64,000 nt of DNA from Octopus vulgaris. Lineage: Eukaryota. The notes under the pieces were generated by a model. The model was not told the DNA's origin and searched no databases. It saw only the letters and a program-made list of their open reading frames with translations. Positions 53,901 to 64,000 of the stretch are shown in pieces. Each line of letters opens with the position of its first letter. Within the stretch, counting starts at the first letter, position 1. The translations under genes were made by a program, and so were the position numbers. The DNA lies in the NCBI GenBank assembly GCA_951406725.2, contig OX597829.1, forward strand, positions 34,410,001 to 34,474,000. The letters are read 5' to 3'.

Positions 53901-55096
53901 AGCTATATACGAGGTGGCAAGCTGGCAGAAACGTTTGTGCGCCAGGTGAAATGCTTAGCGGTATTTTGTCTCATTACGTTCTGAGCGCATATTCCGCCGA
54001 GGTCGACTTTGCCTTTCATCCTTTCAGGGTTGATAAATAAAGTACCAGTTTCGCACTGGGGTCGATGTAATCGACTTAATCCCTTTGTCTGTCCTTGTTT
54101 GTCCCCTCTGTGTTTAGCCCCTTGTGGGTAGTAAAGAAATCTTTATACAAGGTTAAAAATGAAAATTATTTTCTAAGCAATGTCCGAGTCTCTATTTGCT
54201 GCCTGGCAATGTTCATTCATTCAGACGCAAAAATACCTTAAGCTAAACCTGAAAGCAATGAAGTCATAAAAGAATCGTCCATAACTTGCAGTAAGCAACA
54301 TTTATTAAACATTATTACTGTTATTTCTTTATTTTCTGCAAACAAAAGGCACAAAAAAGCTACACGTTTGCATTATGTTATATATACAACAATGATAAAG
54401 GACATTACCATATACATTTTTACAAACCAAGACGTTATATAGACCTCCTTGACTCAAGTTTTAGAAGGGGTGCGTATTATACACAAGGTTTAGGTTTTAC
54501 AGCGGTACAGTCCCCTAAAAATCCCCTGCGTATTATACTTGAGGATTTACGGTACTTGCATGCTAAACTCCTCATAGTTGACTTGCTTTACTAACAGCAT
54601 TCCTGTACATGGCCTGCACAGCTCTCAATTACCACTCACATATCCATAACTGCTGCATTGCCCACAAGATAAGGGAGCAGAGAACCCTATCAAAGGCTTT
54701 CTCCAAGGCATCAAAAGCCGGATACAGAGGTATATTTTTCTCCTGCAGTTACCTCACCAGGAAGACATCATCAGTGGTGTTTCTCTCTGTCACAAATACA
54801 AACTGCATCTCATCTTTGCTAATTCTCTAATTGAGCTATGACTTTTTCTGCAACATTCATTAACTGGTCCAGCAAGTTGATGTTCCTGTAATTATTTCTG
54901 TCTAAGGGATCACCTTTGCACAGTTGACTATAATGCTGCTACATCAATCATTGGGTATGACTCCCTCATGCACAATCTGATTAACTATACAGGTGACCAG
55001 GTCATATCCAACTCCAGATATTTTAAGCATCTCAGTGATGATACCTGATGGGCCAGAGGCTTTCCCTGTCTTCATATCCTTAATACACACACACAC

Positions 55097-55127
<31 letters not shown>

Positions 55128-58100
55128 CATACATAAAATGTGTATGCATTGAAATTTTGAAATTTCATAATTGCAACAATAACCTTTGAATGTTTATGAA
55201 TGTGCTTGATATAACTATATCTTTACTTACACAGATTCCTAGTTAGCCTTCGCAAATATTTACATACACAGATCTAGAAATATACTGGAAATTATGCATT
55301 TCTTATGATGAAATAACCATTTCACAAACCAGTATATAATTCTAAAACAGTAAATGGAAAGTGAAAGCGAGGGGGAGAGAGAGAGAAAGAAATAAAATTA
55401 AATATGCATTGAAATCACAAATACTGTTGTGATGATGCTCTTAATTTTCCTTTTGTAAATCTCCAATATTCATGGTCATCCTCTTCCACCTGTCTTATCT
55501 ATACCTGTATTTCTTGCATCTTTCCTTAATTGAGTTACTTCCCATAACATTCAAAAGGCATTTAATGAGGCTGCAGAGAGACTTGGAGCTGCCACTATGA
55601 AAGATTGCTAAATGAAGAGAAAGAATGGAAGAGTCTGCCTAATGTTGACCCAACAGAGGAACCAGCTATTTGAATTGACAGTACCTTGGTAGATAAAACA
55701 ATTAAGGGTATGAAGACAGGGAAAGCTCCTGGCCCATCAGGAATCACTACAGAGATGCTTAAAATATCTGGTGGTGGAGGCTATAGTCTAGTCACTTATA
55801 TAGACAAGCAGGTAATACATGAAGGAGTCATACTCAATGACTGGTGCAGTAGCACCATAATCAATTGCTACAAAGGTAAAGGTGAGGCATTAGATAGGAA
55901 TAATTACAGAGGTATCAAATTGTTGGATCAAGTGATGAAAGTCACAGAGAGTGTCATAGCCCAACTAATTAGGGAGACAGGTAGTTTAGACGTGATGCAG
56001 TTTGGGTTTGTGCCATGGAGAAGCACCACTGATGCTATATTCCTGGTAATTCAGCTGCAGGAGAAATTCATAGCCCAAGATAAACCTATGTACTTGGATT
56101 TTCTTGACATGGAGAAAGCCTTTGACAGGGTTCCCAGATTCCTTATCTAGTGGTCAATGTGGAAACTAGGGATAGATGAGTGGTTGGTGAGAGCTGTACA
56201 AGCCACGTACAGGGATGCTGTCAGTAAGATGAGAGTTAACAATGAGTATAGAGAAGAATTCTGGGTAGAAGTAGAGGTTCACCAAGGATCAGTCCTCAGA
56301 CAACCTCTTACTCATCATAATGCTCTGGGCAATAACAGAGGAATTCAAAACAGGTTGCCCCTAGGAACTCCTCTATGCTGATGACATTGCTCTCAGCAGA
56401 ATCCCTACCAGAATTAGAGAAGAAGTTTCATGTGTTGAAGCAAGATCTAGAATTGAAGAGTCAATTTAGCAAAAACCAAAGTCTTAGTAAGGAAGGCAGA
56501 CAAATCACAAATCCCTTCTGGCAGATGGCCCTGCTTGATCTGTAGGTAGAAACTCCATAAGATGTACCTAGTGTAAGCTATGGACACATAAGCGGTGCAG
56601 CAATATCAAAGCAAGTTTAACTGGGAAGATAGTTTTTGTGTGCGGCAGATGCAGAAGGGCAATAAACACTGCAAATGTACAGAAAACAGATTCCATCACA
56701 CGCCAGGGGGAAAAACTAGAAGTAGTTGATAGCTTCCTATACCTAGATGACCAAGTCAGCAGCAGGAGTGGTTGCTCTGAGAGCATAGCTGCTAGAATAA
56801 GGGCAAAGTTCAGAGAGCTCCTACCTCTGCTGGTATCAAAGGGTCTCTTGCTGAGAGTGAAAGGCAGACTGTATGATGCATGTGTGCAAACCGCCATGCT
56901 ACACAGTAACGATAAGATGTACCTAGTGTAAGCTATGGACACATAAGCGGTGCAGCAATATCAAAGCAAGTTTAACTGCTGAGGACATGCACAAGTTTGA
57001 AATAAATGAATCTAGTATGCGCTGCTGGATGTGTAATGTCAGTGTGCATACGCCAAAAGCGTCCTGAGAGAAAAGTTGGACATAAGAAGCATCAGATGTG
57101 GTAAGTAAGAGAGACGACTGTGCTGGTATGATCATGTGTTGCATATGGGTGAGGACAGCTGTGTGAAAAAGTGTCACACCCTAATAGTGGAGGGAACCTG
57201 TGGAAGAGGTAGACCCAGGAAGACATGGGAGCATGACCTTTGAACGTTGGGCCTCACACAGAGGCAATGACAAGGGACCAAGACCTTTGGAGATAAGCTG
57301 TGCTTGAAAACCCCGGCAAGCCGAGTGAGATCGTAGCTGATGCCAGTGTCACATAACTAGCCTGTTTAAAAGTACCCTTCTATCATCAGGCAATATGTTG
57401 TACTTGAGAAGACTTGTTGAGTCAAGTGAAATAGTCATGGCTGATGCCAGTGTCACCTGACTGGCACCATGTATAAAGCACCATTCAAACATGGTCGATG
57501 GCAGTGGTTGGTGTTAGGAAGGGCACCCAATCTTGCTAAATCAGACTGGAGCCTGGTGCAGCCTCCTGGCTTGCCTGTCCTCAGTCAAACCGGCCAACAC
57601 ATGCCAGCATGGAAAGCAGACATTAAATGATGATGATGATAGAAATAGTATTTGATTTTCAGGGAACAGTTCTTATAATGCAGTCATTTCCTTGAAACAG
57701 TGAAAAAAATGAAATTCAGATAATGCATAACATGTTTGAGTCAAAGATTAAAATAGTATTTAGAATACTCCCAACAACAAAAAGACAAATTCATTATTCA
57801 CTAACAGAGTCCAATATACTTTATGAAATATGAACTTTGTTTCTAGGTGACACATACAAAATAAAGTTAAAGTTGTATGTGCTTAGCTTAAATTTTATAA
57901 AAATAAACACTTGCAAAAAACAAACAAACAAACAAAAAAAAAAACAAAACAAAAAACAAACCTTTTCTTATAAGTTTTTCTTCAACTTCCTTTGGATGAA
58001 CCGACACATATTCACCACTTGTGGCTTTCTACAAAACAGCAGTGAACATTTTAATAGACATCCATCTTGTACATAAGTTTCAATTTTTCTAAACTTTAAT

Positions 58101-58970
58101 ACATAAATTATAATTACCTTTTCTAATACAGTTTCATTTGTTTTCTTGGTAATTGGCTGACTATCCACCTCTAAAAATATTTAAATTTGAAAAAGGTTAC
58201 AGAAATTTTCTACATTGATTGTTTAAAAAAAATACAAAGATAGTCAACTCAATTGCTAATAGATATGCTTTTATCCAAGATATAAACATCAATGTAAAAA
58301 GATATTCAGATATCAAATATGAACTTTTATTGGATCCAACTTCAATATATGACTTTAGGAAACATTTTTTTCATGCTAAGAGTTGCTGAAACATGGAACA
58401 AACTGCTGGCATCAGTTATTAGTTGTCAGAGCACTGCATACTTCAAAACTTCCATGCTTTCTGAGATTCGCCAACACTACACCTGATTTTCTCCCCTCCA
58501 TACACATGCAAGCATGTATCTGACTCATACATTGTTTGCTTTCCAGACATTTGTACATTACTGCATATACTTTATACACACTTTCTGACAAGTTGTGGTG
58601 CACCTGAGCACTGTATACAATAATTTCATTATATTATATTATATCAGTAATTGCAAATCTTCATAGAATTTAATTTTCATCTAGCAATAGCATTAAATCA
58701 GATACAACTGATTAATTGGTAAAACTTTAATCACAGTTGCTGCTTTTAAAGTGGAAAAAGTTTTTAACTTACATAAAATTATTACAATACAAAACACTTA
58801 TGTACCACAGAGTAAAGTATTACAGAAAAAAAAACCCAACAAAATCTCAAAATAAAAGAAAATATATACAAACAAATTCTTACTCTCAGTAGTTGTTTTT
58901 TTTGCCTTTTCTTTCTTTATATATTCTGATTCAGGTGAAGAAGTATTTTTCCCAAAACTCTTCTGAGAAG
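31285..58970 (-). CDS. RRBP1: Multi-exon RRBP1/kinectin-like ER coiled-coil protein, C-terminal ~741 aa (20 exons; 5' end not identified in window)
   Basis: Manually spliced GT-AG exons join in frame without stops. They contain KNDDLRKKNWKAMEAL, LQSIFPSITV..EHTIWMKTFEQKA, LQKSVEEEEQKW, KLNGIIKTGQDAL and C-terminal GTSV*, motifs I recognise from RRBP1/KTN1. RRBP1 is preferred over KTN1 because of the GTSV end. Confidence 0.85.
31838..32656 (-). mobile_element. Internally deleted Tc1/mariner element with TIRs
   Basis: ~28-bp TIRs AGGGTGTTYRGGCTAAATTTGACA at 31839 and 32655; FWPPNSPDCNHMDDYMW. Confidence 0.8.
33150..34726 (+). mobile_element. piggyBac transposase remnant with right terminus
   Basis: QYMPRKPMKW; YNRYIGGVDQLNQMRS..KWWKYL; end ...AAAAGGG|TTAA at 34722. 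Confidence 0.65.
35290..35823 (+). mobile_element. RTE 3' end fragment
   Basis: Homologous to 7970-8620. Confidence 0.8.
36665..36697 (-). CDS. RRBP1-like microexon (ESNNSAQKIEQ)
   Basis: CACAG/GTAAGT boundaries, phase 0-0. Confidence 0.75.
36840..37022 (-). CDS. RRBP1-like exon (SLEYLKSEV...KLNGIIKTGQDALAQEQ...FCVK)
   Basis: GTAG/GTAAGT boundaries; conserved C-terminal helix. Confidence 0.9.
38052..38090 (-). CDS. RRBP1-like microexon (AEKEIQILKEKQT)
   Basis: TTTTAG/GTAAGT boundaries, phase 0-0. Confidence 0.8.
38235..38306 (-). CDS. RRBP1-like exon (DEKLQLLQKSVEEEEQKWKHALAE)
   Basis: TTCAG/GTAT boundaries; LQKSVEEEE-W motif. Confidence 0.9.
39835..40089 (-). CDS. RRBP1-like exon (FIELQSAYEIKL...DYQNLFLIT)
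   Basis: TTTCAG/GTAAG boundaries, 85 codons open. Confidence 0.85.
40808..40975 (-). CDS. RRBP1-like exon (ADEPVSNLKEM...KESETK)
   Basis: ATAG/GTAA boundaries, phase 0-0. Confidence 0.85.
41103..41162 (-). CDS. RRBP1-like exon (EHTIWMKTFEQKAVEFLKSK)
   Basis: TTTCAG/GTAA boundaries; WxxxFExKA motif. Confidence 0.88.
41386..41466 (-). CDS. RRBP1-like exon (VQAADTFSHDRALLQSIFPSITVDNSL)
   Basis: TTCAG/GTAAG boundaries; LQxxFP motif. Confidence 0.88.
41697..41792 (-). CDS. RRBP1-like exon (DLRKKNWKAMEALNESEKSSEQQIVDAVRTAE)
   Basis: TTTCAG/GTAAGT boundaries; signature RRBP1/kinectin motif. Confidence 0.92.
41845..43090 (+). mobile_element. SINE head fused to a Tx1/L1-like 5' UTR and ORF1 (zinc knuckle) remnant
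   Basis: SINE head at ~41845-41890; frameshifted ORF1 from 42277 containing YPVILEG..CHLCLELGHIKKNCP (CX2CX4HX4C). Confidence 0.65.
43280..43795. mobile_element. Possible Tigger/pogo-like MITE
   Basis: Imperfect TIRs TAGTAATGTCTCAATATAC / GTAAAGTGAGGTATTACTG-TA. Confidence 0.35.
44046..44346 (+). mobile_element. RTE 3' UTR copy, nearly identical to 19321-19620
   Basis: Aligned by eye, few mismatches. Confidence 0.9.
44445..44631 (-). CDS. RRBP1-like exon (LGEKNSEIMQLTSEL...HAKND)
   Basis: ACAG/GTGAGT boundaries, phase 2-0. Confidence 0.85.
46256..46425 (-). CDS. RRBP1-like exon (LVKKENNRLLET...PNGDVQEE...EHER)
   Basis: ATAG/GTAAGT boundaries; phase 0-2 restores frame with the next exon. 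Confidence 0.8.
47422..47469 (-). CDS. RRBP1-like exon (DADYNEKIKEVEKELK)
   Basis: TTAG/GTAA boundaries, phase 0-0. Confidence 0.8.
47705..47890 (-). CDS. RRBP1-like exon (IKNETNAKRMKEVQ...KEIENK)
   Basis: CCAG/GTAA boundaries, phase 0-0. Confidence 0.85.
49888..50029 (-). CDS. RRBP1-like exon (VDNSEEKKLEQK...KELLEK)
   Basis: TTTTAG/GTAAG boundaries, phase 2-0. Confidence 0.85.
50616..50653 (-). CDS. RRBP1-like microexon (ENNTLKRTPPRP)
   Basis: TTAG/GTAAGT boundaries; phase 0-2 is needed to keep frame. Confidence 0.75.
51784..52004 (-). CDS. RRBP1-like exon (NNEKEKIEQELARIKLQ...KYQKIIE)
   Basis: CTTAG/GTCAGT boundaries, coiled-coil heptads; alternative in-frame GTGAAA donor would end the exon at 51808. 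Confidence 0.8.
53820..54552. mobile_element. pogo/Tigger-like MITE with TA target-site duplication
   Basis: TIRs GTAAATCCTCAAGTATAAT; TA at 53818-19 and 54553-54; removing the MITE restores the RTE sequence. Confidence 0.85.
53910..54140 (+). mobile_element. tRNA-derived SINE inserted in the MITE
   Basis: GGTGGCAAGCTGGCAGAA head; flanked by CTATATACGAGG / CTTTATACAAGG. Confidence 0.75.
55560..57640 (+). mobile_element. 5'-truncated RTE LINE
   Basis: RT motifs, PHD-type finger, 3' UTR, (GAT)n tail. Confidence 0.9.
57962..58028 (-). CDS. RRBP1-like exon (KATSGEYVSVHPKEVEEKLIRK)
   Basis: GTAG/GTTTG boundaries, phase 0-1, matching the next exon. Confidence 0.65.
58118..58170 (-). CDS. RRBP1-like exon (VDSQPITKKTNETVLEK)
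   Basis: TTTAG/GTAAT boundaries, phase 1-0. Confidence 0.65.
58884..58970 (-). CDS. RRBP1-like exon (SQKSFGKNTSSPESEYIKKEKAKKTTTE)
   Basis: AG/GTAAG boundaries, phase 1-1, Lys-rich, joins the next exon in frame. Confidence 0.6.
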
Positions 58971-59469
58971 CTATATTCGAAAATGATTATAAGAGTTACT
59001 AACATTACCAAAATAATTTTAAAATACATATAATTTTTATTTAAGAAATTTATAAAGATGCTTTAAATATTTCCCCTTTTGTAGTAGAGTTAAAAGAAAA
59101 CACAATATAGTAAATGCTAAAAGCAACAAGGAATTAAAGAATGAATGACTGTCCAAGTCGTGACAGTTGACAAAGTTATAGTGAAGAATATTAAAGTAAC
59201 TATCAGATATATCCAGCATTCCTTAGGATTAAAATGGCACAGTCTTTTATTATTTTGCTTCTTTCAATCATGTAACTTCAGCCATGCTGGAGTACCAATG
59301 GCAGCTGAAGAAATGGACCCTGGGATTGTTTCTTTGTAAGCCTAGCACTTATTCTATCTGTGTGTGTTACCAAATGGCGAAGTTGCAGAGACGTAAACAC
59401 AGCAATATCAGTTGTCAAGTGATGGTGAAAGTACAAAGACATACACAATCAGATACACATAAATTTCTG

Positions 59470-59554
59470 TAAATATATACAAAAATATACATATGTACAT
59501 GTATACATACATACATACATATATATATATACAAAAATACACACATATATATTT

Positions 59555-59595
<41 letters not shown>

Positions 59596-59655
59596 CACAT
59601 ATGCCAATACATACACATACACACTATATATATATACACACAAACATATATATAT

Positions 59656-59700
<45 letters not shown>

Positions 59701-60030
59701 TATATATATATATACACACATATATGCATATACACACACATATATGCATATACACACACATACATATATACATGCATATACACATATATACATACATGCA
59801 TATACACATATATACATACATGCATATACACATATATACATACATGTATATACACACATACATACACACACATATACACATACATATACACATATACATA
59901 CATATACACACACATACATACATATACACACACATATATACATACATACATATACACATACATATACACACACTTATACATACATACATATACACACACA
60001 TATACATATATACACACACAAATATATATG
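59470..60030. repeat. TA/CA compound microsatellite
   Basis: Low complexity. Confidence 0.9.
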
Positions 60031-60618
60031 AGCAAAACGCCACCGCCCCTCTCCCTGACGGTGCTGAGTTGCCAAACATTTAAACCAAATTTTCTCCAAA
60101 CAACTTGTCCGACTGTCCCATAGGCTTCCCTTCTGAGAAACATTGATTTAACCTAAATTTGAGACACCAGCAAAAGAAGAAATAAAGATAAACTTTTTTC
60201 TATTCCAAAGAAAAACGATTTTATTCACTCAAATATGCAACCGAAGAGTTTAAAGTACCAGTAATGATAAGGCTGTTGACTGGGAGAACACAAACATGGT
60301 TTAAACAGTAAGCTTGGCAGGAAAGAAATATGCCTTTAAGCAGTACAAAAAAAAAAAAAAAAAGAAGGTGCAGTTATGTACAGGCTGACGGAAGAAAAGC
60401 AGGAAAAAATGGCTTTATTGATCGTATTCTCACCTGGAAGCGACCTTTGTAATTTTTTCAAGACTTATACAAGCCCTCATACTGTCAGTATCTATATATC
60501 AATTTGAGTGCTATCAGATGGAAGATGCCCGAGATCCGCGTACACATACACACAGACAGACTGGATTTTATATAAGAGATACACACACACATATATACAC
60601 ACACATATATATACACAC

Positions 60619-60667
<49 letters not shown>

Positions 60668-60829
60668 CACACACACATATGCAAATAAATATATATAAAT
60701 GCATATAGATATACATACACACACAAATACATACACATATACATACACACACACATATATATAGACATACTGGCTTCCCAGACCCCGAACCGTCCAACCC
60801 ATGCTAGCATGGAAAGTGGACGTTAAACG

Positions 60830-62715
60830 ATGATACATATACACATACATAGACACGTATATATACATATATACACAAGTATATATTCATATATACACAT
60901 GTATATATACATATATACACAAGTATATATTCATATATACACATGTATATATACATATATACACATGTATATATACATATATACACAAGTATATATACAT
61001 ATATACACAAGTATATATACATATATACACAAGTATATATACATATATACACATGTATATATACATATATACACATGTATATATTCATATATACACATGT
61101 ATATATTCATATATACACATGTATATACACATGTATATATACATATATACACATGTATATATACATATATATATACATATATACACATGTATATATACAT
61201 ATATACACATGTATATATTCATATATACACATGTATATATACATATATACACATGTATATATACATATACACACATGTATATATACATATACACATGTAT
61301 ATATACATATACACACATGTATATATACATATACACACATGTATATATACATATACACACATGTATATATACATATACACATGTATATATATACATATAC
61401 ATGCATACATACATACATACACATGCATACATACATACATACACATGTATACATACATATATACACATGTATACATACATATATACACATGTATACATAC
61501 ATATATACACATGTATACATACATATATACACATGTATACATACATGTATACACATGTATACATACATGTATACACACATGTATACATACATATATACAC
61601 ACATGCATACATACATATATACACACATGCATACATACATATATACACACATGCATACATACATATATACACACATGCATACATACATATATACACACAT
61701 GCATACATACATATATACACACATGCATACATACATATATACACACATGCATACATACATATATACACACATGCATACATACATATATACACACATGCAT
61801 ACATACATATATACACACATGCATACATACATATATACACACATGCATACATACATATATACACACATGCATACATACATATATACACACATGCATACAT
61901 ACATATATACACACATGCATACATACATATATACACACATGCATACATACATATATACACACATGCATATATACACACATGCATATATACACACATGCAT
62001 ATATACACACATGCATATATACACATGCATATATACACACATGCATATATACACATATACACACATGCATATATACACACATGCATATATACACACATGC
62101 ATATATACATATATACACACATGCATATATACACATGCATATATACACACATGCATATATACATATATACACACATGCATATATACATATATACACACAT
62201 GCATATATACATATATACACACATGCATATATACATATATACACACATGCATATATACATATATACACACATGCATATATACATATATACACACATGCAT
62301 ATATACATATATACACACATGCATATATACACATGCATATATACATATATACACACATGCATATATACATATATACACACATGCATATATACACATGCAT
62401 ATATACATATATGCACATGCATATATACATATATACACATGCATATATACATATATACACATGCAAATATACAAACATGCATATATACATATATAAACAC
62501 ATGCATATATACATATATACACACATGCATATATACACACATGCATATATACATATATAAACACATGCATATATAAACACATGCATATATACATATATAC
62601 ACACATGCATATATACATATATACACACATGCATATATACACACATGCATATATACATATATACACACATGTATATATACATATATACACACATGTATAT
62701 ATACATATATACACA
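60830..62715. repeat. TA/CA-derived minisatellite (22-24-bp units)
   Basis: e.g. (ATACATACATATATACACACATGC)n at ~61580-61965. Confidence 0.92.
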
Positions 62716-63090
62716 TCTCTCTCTTACTTGTTTCAGTCATTTGACAGCGGCCATGCAGGAGCATCGCCTTTAATCGAGCAACTTGTTCCCGGGACTTATT
62801 CTTTGTAAGCCCAGTACTTATTCTACTGGTCTCTTTTGCCGAACCGCTAAGTGACGGGGACATAAACACACCAGCATCAGTTGTCAAGCAATGCTAGAGG
62901 GACAAACACGGACACACAACACATATATATATATATATATATACACACATACATATATATATACGACGGGCTTCTTTCAGTTTCCGTCTCCCAAATCCAC
63001 TCACAAGGCTTTGAGAAGACACTTGCTCAAGGTGTCACGCAGTAGGACTGAACCCGAAACAATGTGGTTGGTAAATAAGCTACTTACCAC
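62716..63090 (-). mobile_element. tRNA-derived SINE
   Basis: Reverse complement of 22850-23250. Confidence 0.85.
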
Positions 63091-64000
63091 ATATATACAT
63101 GTACATACACACACATGTATATATACACATGTATATACACACATATATATACACATAAATATATACACACACGCATATACACATATATATACACACATGT
63201 ATATATACATACACACATGTATATATACACACATGTATATATACATACACACATGTATATATACACATATATATATACACATACATATATATATACATAC
63301 ACACATGTATATATACACATATATATACATACACACATGTATATATACACATATATATACATACACACATGTATATATACACATATATATACATACACAC
63401 ATGTATATATACACATATATATACATACACACATGTATATATACACATATATATACATACACACATGTATATATACACATATATATATACATACACACGT
63501 ATATATATACATACACACATGTATATATACACATATATATATACATACACATATATATATACATACACACATGTATATATACACATATATATATACATAC
63601 ACACATGTATATATACACATATATATATACATACACACATGTATATATACACATATATATATACATACACACATGTATATATACACATATATATATACAT
63701 ACACACATGTATATATACACATATATATATACATACACACATGTATATATACACATATATATACACATATATATACACATATATATATACACATACATAT
63801 ATATACATATACACACACATATACATACATGTATGCAAACACACACACATATACATACATGTATGCACACACACACACACACATATACATACATGTATGC
63901 ACACACACACACACATATACATACATGTATGCACACACACACACATATACATACATGTATGCACACACACATATATATATACACACATATACATACACAC
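63090..64000. repeat. TA/CA-derived minisatellite
   Basis: ~32-34-bp degenerate units. Confidence 0.9.

Larger units (their letters stand above)
52750..55085 (-). mobile_element. Degraded RTE LINE interrupted by a MITE
   Basis: KTGKASGPSGIITEMLK, WELLYADD, WYGHV on the minus strand. Confidence 0.85.

Noticed and set aside
55425-55580. Possible extra RRBP1-like exon (EVTQLRKDARNT)
   Set aside because: In-frame TGA and no suitable acceptor; exons 57962 and 52004 already join in phase
60434-60482. Possible upstream exon with a GTGAG donor
   Set aside because: The phase-compatible frame needs a weak acceptor and has no recognisable similarity
60830-64000. 300-600-aa ORFs rich in Y/I/H/T/C/V/M
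   Set aside because: Stop-free translations of TA/CA satellites in all frames; not genes. The same applies at 3134-3543, 15193-16053, 19462-19878 and 59449-60143.

Overview
AT-rich, repeat-dense eukaryotic DNA, most likely a coleoid cephalopod (Octopus-like; inferred from the RTE, SINE and microsatellite content, not from a search). The right half holds 20 phase-consistent minus-strand exons (58970 to 31285). They encode about 741 C-terminal residues of an RRBP1 (p180)/kinectin-family coiled-coil protein ending in GTSV*; its 5' end is not identified here. The left half is a transposon graveyard. It contains a near-intact full-length RTE-clade LINE with a C4HC3 PHD-type finger inside its RT, nested in a Penelope-like RT+GIY-YIG element, along with CR1-like and Helitron-like remnants. 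Truncated RTEs, Tc1/mariner remnants, tRNA-derived SINEs and TA/CA-rich satellites occur throughout, and Tx1/L1-like, pogo-MITE and piggyBac remnants lie in the gene's introns. The most notable hidden signal is a set of five minimal type I hammerhead-ribozyme motifs. All five have GUA cleavage triplets and long helix II inserts, and each has a different palindromic helix III tetraloop. Four sit on Penelope-type termini next to (TA)n tracts, and one copy has an intact core.
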